A stretch of 64,000 nt of DNA, taken from positions 52,206,001-52,270,000 of the forward strand of contig NC_087436.1 of the NCBI RefSeq assembly GCF_036321535.1. The letters are read 5' to 3'. Source of the DNA: Camelus dromedarius. Its lineage: Eukaryota. The notes under the pieces were generated by a model, which saw only the letters and a list, made by a program, of their open reading frames with translations, searched no databases and had not been told where the DNA came from. A program made the position numbers and the translations under genes. Of this stretch, positions 1 through 11,265 are shown one piece after another; positions within the stretch are counted from its first letter, which is position 1; every line of letters begins with the position of its first letter.

Positions 1-2869
1 AGGCTATGGTTATAATCTGGTTTTAAATATTGAGGTATCCACTGAGGTGCCTACCCCTCAAGTGGGTTGAGCCTGGCAAAGCAGCACAGAGATGCAGGGA
101 GGGCAATGGATTAGGCATGGCCATCATACAGCTGCTCTGGAGGACAGTGATAGGTGGAATTGTGCTGATTTCTGAGTCTCAATTCAGTCTCCCTGACTTC
201 AATAAACTCTTGGTAAGAAATCTTCCCTATGTTTATTTTTCATGACCACTCCACTCTCTTTTCTAGGCGCATCAAATGTCTTCAAGAATTTTTCATGTGA
301 CTCAACTTATTTTAAAGATAATGTTATAATACAAAAATACCAACTTTATAAAATTTTAGAATTGCAATGTATTGAAAATATTTTCCTTCATTAAAAAGGG
401 GGAACAGGGATATTAGACAAAATAATCAAGATTAAAGACAATATCAGTGTCAGAGGCAGGATTAGAATCTAGGCCTCTTTCTCTAGGTTCAACGCTCTTT
501 ATCTGCATCTGAGATTCTCAAGCTGGTGTGCCAGAGGACACGAGATTCCATAGAAAAAATATGGTGGATCTTCTTAAAACTTGATTCTGAGAAGTAATTT
601 AATTCCATGGTAAGTCAACTTCATTCCATAGTATGTAACACAAAATATTTTTTTATTTAAACAGACATACATTGGAGGAGAATACAAATATAATCATGTG
701 GCATTTTTAATGATCAAATCTAGAATACTGAAAACCTTTCCATCTTGCAGCGTACCATGTAGCACGTGGCATCCCTGGACCTCCAGGGTACCAGCTTATT
801 CTCTGCCTGAGAGCACATTATCCATCCCTGAGCTGCTTTTCCCCGGAGCTGATGGGGGTCATTTCTACCAGTCTAGCAGTCAGCATTTCCACATCCTACT
901 GAATTGGGCTGGGCATATGAATGAGGAGGAGAAAGAAAATCAGGAAGCCGCTGGTCAGTTGGGTCCCTGGAGATCCTTCGGCCTCCCTTTGATCCACATT
1001 TAGGTAAAAGATAAAGGGAGGAGCATCCTTATTCAAGACAGTCTGAGACGTCTTAGACCCTTCTCTGCGGCCTATCATGTAAAGGCTACCACAAAATAGG
1101 AAGGAGTTGGGGTGAGTAGGAGTTGCTATTAAAAAAAACAACTTTTTATCTCACTGTATTCAAGAGGAATAAATAGTCTGCTGTCACGTAACTATCTGAA
1201 GATAGAACATCACATTCTAAACAAAGACTAATTATGAAGAAAAGTTGCTTATGGCTTAGCACCATGGTGCAGTCTGAATGCTTTTTAATCCTCTGAGGAA
1301 CCATTAGGTCATTTCCTCAGAGGAATCACGGGGGTTAATCTCTGAAATCAATGCAGAAAATGAAAACAAAATATGGAAACAGCTACCATTGTAAATCCCT
1401 TGAATCAACCTATAGCGTGGATAGAGTTCTATGCACACAGCCCTGCACAGTGATTTCTTTGCATGTAGAGAATTTGAATGGAGGCAGCAACAAAAGGAAG
1501 AGCCGTGTGCAGATGTCTGAGCATTCAATTCGTTTTGTTTTGAAGTTATCTATCCCTAGGAGTTAATAATAGATGAAAAGAAAATTCTAAAGATCTCTTG
1601 CTTCCAGGGTTTATACCTTTCTGCCTCAACAGTAAGTCAACCTTTAATATCAAGGCTCATATTTTGATGGTACAAAGAGGTAAGCAAAGACCAGTTATTA
1701 CAAAGTCTATTATGATTGGTCGGGCTGGTGTGTGGTTATTGCATTTGTTAAATATATGGTGGTAAGAACCCAATGAGATGCAGGAGTTGGACCTTACCAT
1801 ATACAACAAATTGGGCATTTCAAGTTCTAGGACACAGGAAATGGACTTCATATGTTCCAGCCCTATTTTTCCTCTGATAAAGTATCTTTGCATATCTTGG
1901 TCATCTTTTTAAGTTACTATGACCCAAACTGTATACCAAATGGGAAAAAATGTGACTAAATCAAATTAATTGAGCTGGCTCTGCCAATAAAGCCCTAGGA
2001 GCTTGTTTAGCTAATTAAGATCAAAGGTTCTGAGGCTTGTTCGTAATGGATGATTTTGGAGACAAGCCTGCCTCTTGCTGTAACTTCCTGTTAAAAGTCT
2101 GGATGTTTGTGCTTCAGGAAGCCATGGTCGTTCCTGAGTTGGAAAGTTACTTAAACCCTCACGCAACTGAGAGGCAGAGTTAGTGGCTTATAAGCAGTGG
2201 AAAAATAAAACTGGCTGAGAAATGTTTGGGGATGTTTTTAATGCTTTTGGATCTTTTGCCACAATATGCTTTCACTTATTTGATGTGAAATGTGCACCCT
2301 TCCAAAATGTGCCTTTTTTTTTCCCCCACTGAAGGATTTGCATAAAGTGTCTGACTGGACCAACTACTTGGAGAGCCTGCAGTGTAAGACAGCACAAAGT
2401 AGTGAACTGTATACACAGTGAGCAAGGGATTGACAAGGCCATTTTTCACACCCCGAGGTTTAGCATTAGTTCAAACAAAACTTTGGTGAGTCACAGAACT
2501 GAGGAATCCATTTGGGGAAACTTGTGGGAACTTGAGAATGGAGGACGATCACTAAGTGATGCTACATTCACCTCAAACCATAGGAACCAGGAGCCATGGT
2601 GGCCAACACAGCCTGCCCTGGCACACTGCATGAGGGACAGCTGCCATGTGGGCCCCTACGTCTCCTGGGGGCTGTCACCTTTCACCACCACCCTCTCCCA
2701 AACCATGCAGTCTATCAAAGTATTTCTGCCAACCAACACACAGCACTCATCCTGAGAAGAACGATGGTAAATGTAGTTCATTTTCTTACATTTGCTGTAA
2801 TGTTTTCATACCCCTTGTAAATAGATCATTAGAAATGGCCCAACTGGCTCCTGCAGGACCTGGGTGTCA

Positions 2870-3100
2870 CTCAGAACTCAGCTTTAAGCCCCAGATCTTT
2901 GTCACTTACAAGATAGGTGCCCTTGGACAATTTACTTAATTTTTGTAAGTTGCACTTTTTTTAAATCTGTAAACTTTATCTGTATGTAGGTAATCATAAT
3001 ACCTACCTAACAGAATGGTTGTAATCATGAAATGAGACTTCATGCAAGCCATTCAACACAGTGCCAAACCCATGAGAAACCCTCTACAGGTTAATTGTCT
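2870..3100 (+). mobile_element. MIR SINE
   Basis: MIR core similarity (gtcacttac...ccttggacaatttacttaa...tctgtaaa...ataatacctacct...acagtgcc). Confidence 0.8.
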
Positions 3101-3205
3101 ATTTTTTAAAAAGTGTTAAGAAGGAGCCTGAAATTTAAAGATGAAATTCCAGGGGGACTCATCTCTCTCAGCTGCTCCATGTCTGTTACTTTGAAATCAG
3201 TGTAG

Positions 3206-3288
3206 TATGAGAGTGAACCGTATGCAACTGCTGATGTCTGCCGGGTTTTGACCTATAGGAATGACAGCTTCCTATGGTTCAATCTAAC
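3206..3288. mobile_element. MADE2-like mariner MITE (~80 bp)
   Basis: Imperfect terminal inverted repeats tgaaccgtatg / cctatggttca around ttttgaccta core; length matches recalled MADE2. Confidence 0.75.
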
Positions 3289-3459
3289 GTCATTGTGTCC
3301 AAAGAAGAAGTAGAGACAAAGGACAAATTCGATGGCTAAGAATTCTGCAGGATGTCTATTCTGTGCCAGACGTTTACTATGCACTCAGCCCGTATTCTCT
3401 CAAGTTATTTCTGGATCCGTCTTGAGATCTAGGTGATTACTGAAAGCTATGTCTGCCCT

Positions 3460-3548
3460 GGAATGTAAGTTCTTTAGAGAGAGTCCTTGTACCTTGCTGT
3501 ATTTGCTCCTGAAAATAGGGCCTCCTTAACATAAAAAGCTCAATATCA
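3460..3548 (+). mobile_element. L2 3' end fragment
   Basis: gaatgtaagttct...gctcaata resembles L2 terminus. Confidence 0.5.
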
Positions 3549-4824
3549 TAAAAAGTGTAAAAATTCTCTCAGGAGAATTATTAGGAGAAATTCCAAAAAG
3601 ACAAAGGAGAAAGAAAGGAAAAATGTTGCTCTGTAATTGCTTTCTGTACCTCATGCTTTGCTTTTATATGTCCCTGTGGTTTTCCTAAGCGAGAATGATA
3701 AGTCACCACCTATGTTGGAAAATAAACTTTATTTTCAACATATTGTTCAAAGCAGCTTATTTTCTAAAACTCTTTCCACTGGAAAGAGAGGAAAAAGACT
3801 GTGTTATGTCTTCCATGCTAGCGTCAGAAGGCAGGCGCTTGGAATCCACACCAAGCATCTCATTTAGAGACTTTGGGCAAGAATCACAAAGCAAGCGTAC
3901 TCGTGGCAGAAGCCAAAATGAAAGTCAGTTGTTTCTTCTTCTTTTGCCAATTCCAGTGGCAGACCCTGGCCTGCAGATCTGGGGATTTTAAAGTGTCTTT
4001 CCAGCAAAGAATTGCTTTCATGTTTGCATCCTTATTGCTAACTCTGGCTCTCGTCTCACAACGTCCTTCTTGTGTCATGTCCAGGAGCCCTTTTTTTTTT
4101 TTCATTTGGAAGAGTTCTGAGTTTCCCCTTCGTGGAAACAAAGGCCCAATTCTTCACTTATCGAGATGTCCTTCCTGCCTCGTACATTGTGGAGCCTGCC
4201 TTGCCAAAAGGCATTAAAAGGAGAAATCTACTTGAGTAAAGGCCATGAAATCAAACTGTTACAAGCCTTCCTGTTCTTCATTGAATATCTCAGGATTCCA
4301 TTCTGAAATCTTTCAATATGGAAGTTATCAAAAGACTCCCACTCAGCTGCAAACGACAACGGAGGCTAACAAAGTGCTACCAAAGTCCTGAGGTAGTGGT
4401 GATGCCGATCTCTTCTTTCTGCCTTCACTTTGTTACATCTGAAAATCTGGAAGCCGGCAAGGCTTTTGTAAGCAGAGGACTGCCGGCTTTCTAGAAGGTG
4501 GAGGAAGAGCTTGAAGAATGAAATCCCTGCCTGGTGTTGATTTGCTTCTGTTCTCCTTCTTCAGTAGACACTGTAGATACAAAGACCAGTGAAACACAAT
4601 CCCTGCCCAGAAGGATTTCCTCATCCAGCTCGTGAGGGAAAGAGAAATCCAGGATCGGGAGGCAGGCATGCATGGGTTGCCATGGGAAAACTAAAGGAGG
4701 TTAGGGTTGCAGGGGAAGGTATTTTACCTATGCCCTACAAGAACAGCAGAAAGAAGTGGCAAAGATGTGAAACAGCACATTTTCTTTCTAGGAAAAATCA
4801 TGTGCTGAAGAATGAAGCGGTGGT

Positions 4825-5186
4825 TGTATTAGCTGGGGGCTGCAATGACAAAATCCCATGGATGGAGTGGCTTCTAAACAAAAGAAGTGTATCTCTCACA
4901 GTTCTGGAGGCTGGAAATCTGAGATCAGGGTGCCAGCAGGGCTGGACTCTGGTGAGAGCCCTCTCCCAGGGTGCAGACGCTGGCTTCTCACTGTGTTCTT
5001 ATGAGATGGAGAGCTGGAGACCTCTCTGGGGTCTCTTTTATAAGGCAGTGGTCCCACCTGTGAGAACTCTGGCCTCATGACCTTATCACCTCCCAAAAGC
5101 CTGGCCTCCTAAAACCATCACATTGGGGGATAGGATTTCAACATATGAATTTGAGGGAGACAGACACAAATATTCAGTCAATAATG
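4825..5186 (-). mobile_element. MLT1A-like MaLR solo LTR
   Basis: ctcacagttctggaggctggaa...gagatcagggtgccagca...atcacattggg...tttcaacatatgaattt; candidate 5-bp TSD GTGGT at 4820-4824 and 5187-5191. Confidence 0.9.
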
Positions 5187-5197
5187 GTGGTATAATG

Positions 5198-5357
5198 TAC
5201 TGGTTTTCAAACTTGTAACCACAGGAAAAAAATTTAAAGATACTTGAGTTTCATTCCTAGAAATTCCCATTTAAGCCGTTTGGAATTCTATCTGGGCCTT
5301 GGAATTTTTTGGAGCTCCCTTCATCATTAGAAGGTTCTGTTCATGTTGAGAACAACC
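5198..5357. mobile_element. MER5-like hAT-Charlie MITE
   Basis: Ends tggttttcaaactt ... gttgagaacaacc; degraded interior. Confidence 0.55.
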
Positions 5358-6249
5358 GTTATCAATTACCCTCTATCTGGACTGCAGAACTTGTGGGGAT
5401 GAGTAGAGATAAGGCTTATAAAGTAGATGGAGTTCACTGTACCAAGCTCAGACTTAAAACAAAGGTAACAGAGTAGTCCTCAAGGATTTTGCACAGGTGA
5501 ATGGTAAGATTGAATTCATATATTAGAAGGAGAACTTAGATAGGGGCAGTTGAATGGACTGTGGATGCCACCTTGTGAGTGTAGGTGTGTGGGAGGGGTG
5601 GGGAAGGGAAAAATCCAGGAAAAAAGGAAATAGACTTCTAAGAGGGAGCCTATGGCTGGGAATCAGGAAGGAAATGAGGACATACAGCACCAAGGTGGTG
5701 GCAGGGCTCCGAAACTAGTGTAGCCTGATTGAGCGGTGACCGGTGACGACCGCAGGAGTTCTTACCTGGATGATTCCATCCACACACCCATGTTTTCCAG
5801 GGCGTCAAGATCAAGGGAAGGCTTTGTCTGATTTACCTGCATAACTGCCCTCTGTGCTTTGCTTCACTTTGCTTGTGGAAGACAGTCCTCAGGGAACTGC
5901 TGCTGAGCTCAAAGCTAATCAGAGGGTGAGCATCTTTAAATAAAGAAAATGAGGTAATTCGATGGGCCTTCCTCTCCTTCCTTCCTTTTTGCACGCCAAG
6001 GCACATTTCTTTGCTTTTACTACCCTTGCTCTTCTGAAAAAGCTGCAGCAATTTGTAAAAGGTCATTTGCCTGAGCTCTCTGATACGCTCTTACTTTCTT
6101 GCTGAAACTACTGTCAATGGATGGTCAGGTTCGCCATCCCAAGAAGCTGACCCCACAAGCTGTTTTGGCCTAAAGGTGGATTCTCTTGCCCCACAGAAGA
6201 ACCGTCTTCATCTGGTACAGTCCTTAAACAGCCAAAGAGGTTGCAAGTG

Positions 6250-6505
6250 CCCTGTCACAATAATTGTGGCCAGAAGAGATGCCGCAACGGTTTCTGGCTA
6301 ATTGGCAGGGTGAGCTCTGGCTTATGTAACGGTTACCTCTGGCCGTTTGTCCCCACACCCCTTTTTGGGTAGCAATGCTGCGGTATTTTTATTGGTAAGA
6401 ACTTGGCCAGTATTCAGCCAATCAGCTTGTTCATTTGGCTGGCTGCAATTAGAGTTACTGTTTCTTTCACCTTGTTTCCAGCCAGACCTGGTTCTATAAA
6501 TATGT
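6250..6505. promoter_or_regulatory. Candidate promoter/enhancer (MYB, CCAAT, SOX, TATA motifs)
   Basis: AACGGTT at 6286 and 6328; ATTGG 6301 and 6391; CCAAT 6418; CACAATAATTGTG 6256-6268; TATAAATA 6495-6502; no recognisable repeat. Confidence 0.45.
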
Positions 6506-7318
6506 CACTGGGGGTTTGGATGAAGCTGTGTTCTGCCTCAGCGCTTTAAATCCATTATTTCAGTTCAAAAAGTCATTTTATCTTTACACCAAGAGGCCCC
6601 ATGATATATCTGACCTTAATCCCAGGTGTCAGTTGGACTCTTGGAGAGAGAGTTAGACGTTCCACATTTTAAAGACATTTTATAATTTGGAAAGAGGATT
6701 TGAGGATTGTCAATGGAGAGAGAAGCAAGCGAACCCGTTGATGTGGGGGATTCATTAGAAGCTTCCTTGAGTTCCTCAGGCCACTCATCCCCTGGTTGTA
6801 GTCAGCTGCTGTAAAAGATGTATAATGCATCCTGACGGAGCGTGGAACGAGGAAACGAGTTTCCATTTTCCAGAATTCAGCGTCTCCTCTTTTCCTGTTT
6901 CATCCCTGCTAGGATTTGTTCTGGAGCTGCCAGGATTGACTGGATGCAGAACAGAGCTTCCTTATTTACCTTTAGCAGACCTAGGGGTTTTCCTTAAAAT
7001 GGACTTTATATGGGGGAAAAAAGCTAGATGTATTATTTAAGAAATGCATTTATAAAAATCACAAGTACCATTCTCTCCAGAGAAGAAGCTAAGTCTTCTT
7101 TAGTCTTAATTTCTTTGAGAAATTAGGACAAAGATAACGGGGAGAACTCTTAAGAGAAGCTTGAAAAGAGGAACTCCCCGAGGAGAGCCAGGCAGGTCTG
7201 CTCTGTGCTCACCCTCCGGCCACCTCCCTTATGTTGAGGCCTGGGAGGTCACTTCTAATTTTCCTCAACAATAAAAATTTCCATAAGCAACCTTATTGCC
7301 TAGGGAAATGTTTGGGGC

Positions 7319-7338
7319 AAAAAAAAAAAAAAAAAAAA
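7319..7338 (+). repeat. Poly-A run
   Basis: About 20 consecutive A. Confidence 0.95.
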
Positions 7339-8249
7339 GAATCAATATCTATATTACTACAGGAAATTTGGGTTACATGAACAGAATAATGTTAAGAATA
7401 AATTTTGAATGTATATGTTTCAAAGTATTTCCTATCCCAAGTAATGACAAACAGTAATCATCTGCTAATCTCCAGAATAACTCTTTTCTGAATGGATTTC
7501 TTGCTATTCTGATGATATCACTTCCACCCTTTCAATTAGATCATGAGGAACTGTGTAAAACCTGCTAATCTTCCTTTTAACAGGGAGAATCCAGACATTT
7601 CTCCTGTGCCATCAGAGGCAGTTATGGGGATTGGGAGAAAAGAAAGTAATGGAAGGGCCCCGGGGCCCAGCAGAAGGAAACCCATCAGTTACCTTAATGC
7701 TCCTCTGTCATTAACCTTGCCCAGGCCAGGTCAAAGGACTGGTCAGCAGGACCACTCGAATTACTTGGCAAAGCAAATTGATCCAAATCCTGCTGAAGTG
7801 GTCGGCACTCTCAAGTGAAAATTAAAAAAAGAAATCTAGTTGGCATCAACCTAAATGGGTGTTTTTTCTGGCACACGTGTGCAGGCAAAGGAAGTTGAAA
7901 TTATAAAACTAAATAATTCATGAGCATGCCTAATGCTTTCTCTGGAAGCAATGATTACTTTATTATCCAAATTTTAACTGTTTAATGTGCATCTCAAGAC
8001 ATAGGTTGGCTAGGAAAATCTCAAAGGAAAATCAAATGTAGTATGAAACCTGTAGAACCATGGAAACATTATGCTGAATTGTTTCACAGCACTGAGTTTT
8101 CTTTGGCTAGTAGAAAACATTAATCAGTGACTCTGCACCAAGCTTACTGCTTGGTGAATTACCACAAAATGAAGACACTTGGGCATGCCATCCAGATAAA
8201 GAAGTAGAACATTCTCACAACCTCAGAAGTTCAGGGTGGAGGTCCCAAC

Positions 8250-8530
8250 CTTGCAATAAAGGAAGAAAAAGAAACAAAAGGTAAACATACTTGGAAAGAA
8301 GGAAATAAAACTATCATTTTTCACTCATGATACAATTGGATATGTGTAGAAAACCCTAAATTACCTACAAATAAAGTCCTAAGGTTATTAAGTAAATTTA
8401 GCAAGGTCACAAGATAAAAGTCAATATGCACAAATCAATTCTATTTCCATATATAAGGAAACAACAATTAGAAATTAAATTTTAGAAAACAAAACTATTT
8501 ATAATAGCATAAAGAATTAAAATATCTAAA
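8250..8530 (+). mobile_element. Old L1 ORF2 fragment (RT C-terminal region)
   Basis: gaaataaaactatc...tagaaaaccctaaa...tttagcaaggtcacaagataaaagtcaatat typical of L1 ORF2. Confidence 0.85.
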
Positions 8531-8775
8531 GTAGTAGCTTTCAAGGTGTGGTCCAAAGAGTGCTGAGGATTCTTAAAATTCCATTCAGATGGCCCTCTTT
8601 TACTCTCATTCTTTCATGAGTAAACATTGGAGTTTTCCAGACATACTTAATATGTGATAGTACATCAAATGGAATGCAGAAGTAGATCTGGTAATCTAGC
8701 TGTTTTGTATTATACAAAGCTTTAAAGAGATTTAAAGCATTAAAGGGATTTGCAAAAATGCGAAACAATGCCAAT
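8531..8775 (+). mobile_element. Charlie1-family hAT DNA transposon fragment
   Basis: aatgcagaagtagat...ctagctgt...ttaaagagattt...gcaaaaatgcgaaacaatgcca matches recalled Charlie1. Confidence 0.7.
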
Positions 8776-8789
8776 TTTTTTTTGTCTAA

Positions 8790-10730
8790 TTATAAGATCT
8801 GTTAATAGGAGATGTATATTAAAAATTTCCATAGAGTTGTGGATTTGTATATTTCTCCTTTTAGAATTGATAGATTCCTCCTTAGCTTCAGATTTGCTTT
8901 ACATGTTTTAATTTAGAATTGCTTTATCTTCCTAGTGAAGTGAAACTTTTATCATTATGAAATATCCATCTCTACCTTTGCTGTAGATTTTTACCTTCAA
9001 GGTGACTTCATCTGGCACTAGTATAGCTAGAACTGGTTACTTTTTGTTAGTGTTTTTCATGACACCTTTTTTATCCTTTGTTTTCAATATTTCTGTGTCC
9101 TAATATAGAAATGTTTCTTTTAAAAACAATATATATTTTGATTTTATTTTTTGCAACCAGTGTGATAACTTTTAATTTAAATGCTTAGTTCATTTACATT
9201 TAATGTAATTACTGATATATTTGTATTTACTCCATAATCTTACTATTTGTCTCTTTATTTTCCAACTTCTTCTATATTCCCTTTTTCTCATTTCTTATCT
9301 TTTTTTGATCAATTGATTTTTTAAATTATTTTATTTTTTCCCTCTATGTATTACTTCTTTGCTACTCTGGGTATTACAACATTCATCTGTTGGTTTGAAA
9401 CGTATTTTGCCTTTGTTTTTGAAGGATATTTTTCTTGGGTATGAAATTCTAGGTTGGCAGTTATTTTCTTTCAGCAGTTTGAAGGTATCATTCTATCATT
9501 ATCTGACTTCTATGGTGTCTGTGGCGATGTCAGCTCTCAGTCATACTGCTGTGTCTGTGAATGTAATAAATCTTTGTTTTCTTAATAAATCTTTCTTTGT
9601 TTTCTTATTGCTTTAAGATCTTTTTGTCTTGGCTCTGAGCAGCTTTATTTTGATTGTTCTTGATATAGTTTCCCCTGTATTTATTAAACTTGGGACTCAG
9701 AATTTTAGGAATCTGTGGCTTAATGTCTTATCATTTGGGGGAAAATTTCAGGATTATTTCTTCAAATTTTATTTCTGCCATGTCTGTCATTCCTCTCATT
9801 CTGAGATTCCAATTACAAATACGTTAGACCTATGTGTCTCTTGTTCTCATTTCTGTTTTGCTATCGATTTTTCTGTGTTTCATTTGTGAATATTTTTTTA
9901 CTGACATAACCACCAACTTACTAATCTTCTCTTCATTTGGTCTAACATGCTATTTAAACCATCTGTTGAAATTTTTATTTCAGTTATTTTGTTTTCCAGT
10001 TCTTAAGTTTTTATTTGATTTCTACTGAACTTAGGGTTTTTTTTTTCTGATAATCTCTAATATATCAATCATAGTTATTTTAAAGTTTTTAATCAGTTGG
10101 TTCTGTGTTATGGTATGCATGGTAATAATTTATAGACTGCCAAATACTGTGTATAAATAATTGGAAAGATTCTGAATGATACTTTTCCTTCAGCTTAATT
10201 TTGCTTTTGACAGGTAGTTTGATAAGGGGCATATTATGTAATTCATCTAGATTAATCCTTCTTATCATGGTGATCAAACACACATTTTATTCTGTAAGCT
10301 TTGATCTATTTCCAGTTCATCTTTACTTCCATTGCATGGTCTTTTAGGAGTCCCAGTAGAAAATTTATGATGTTTCTAGTCCTACTTCACCTCAGTGGAT
10401 CTTGAACTCTGTGTCTCTCTAGTATTTATGAGAGTGACATTCACTCTGTTTAGCTTCTCTATCTCTTTCTGTTTGGCTTATGAGAGTCTTGGCTCCAGTC
10501 TACTTATGAACGGCAAATGCATTTAAAGGGACATTAACCAGAATATTTGACTCATCTCAATGCATTTTCCTTTCTTCTGGGACCTTGATCACCTCAAGTT
10601 CTGGCTGCTCAGTAGCTCCCTCATGTCTTCAAATGAATTTTTTCATTTTTTAAATCTAGCTTTTCTTCTTATTTTTGGTGTGAATTTGGTTTGATGCTGG
10701 TTAATATCTTTAATTAGAAGTAAAGTCTCC
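8790..10730 (-). mobile_element. Old L1 (L1M) 5' region/ORF1/endonuclease, decayed
   Basis: T-rich antisense L1 signature (ccatttacatttaatgtaattactgata; gaaattctaggttggcagttattttctttcagc). Confidence 0.85.
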
Positions 10731-10734
10731 AGAA

Positions 10735-10990
10735 GTCATCATTTTCTCTTCCATCCCTTACATCTATCTGTTACCAAGACCTGAAACTATACATATCTCT
10801 TAAATCTCTCCCTTCCTCTCCATTCTGAGTGCCATAACCTTTAGTTCAAGCCCTAATCTTCTACTCCTGAATCATCACCAAAGGCTAGCTAGTAAAAGTC
10901 TCTGCCTTAATCTTTTTGCATTCACCCTAAACATCACTTCCAGAGTGAACTATAACTCCCCTAATTAAACCTATCTTGAGATTTATATCA
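10735..10990 (+). mobile_element. L2 fragment
   Basis: Pyrimidine-rich L2 body motifs (ccttagttcaagccctaatc-type sequence, ccagagtga). Confidence 0.6.
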
Positions 10991-11065
10991 CCTATAAAAC
11001 ATAAATCCAGGATCTATAGGTGCATGGGCATTGCAGTAGACAGATGCTAATACACAATTAAAAGT

Positions 11066-11265
11066 TATATAGTATAGATAAACAAGATTATACTGTATAG
11101 CGCAGGGAAATATATACAAGATCTTGTGGTAGCTCACAGCGAAAAAAAGTGTGACAATGAATATATGTATGTTCATGTATAACTGAAAAATTGTGTTCTA
11201 CACTGGAATTTGACACAACATTGTAAAATGACTATAACTCAATAAAAAAAAAAGTTAAAAAAAAA
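11066..11265 (+). mobile_element. Young 5'-truncated L1 3' tail (camelid-type)
   Basis: tactgtatagcgcagggaaatatatacaagatcttgtggtagctcacag...gtataactga...caataaa + A tail; candidate TSD AAAAGT. Confidence 0.85.

Noticed and set aside
4589..5080. 163-aa ORF (+)
   Set aside because: The C-terminal half is antisense MLT1A LTR sequence; no recognisable domain
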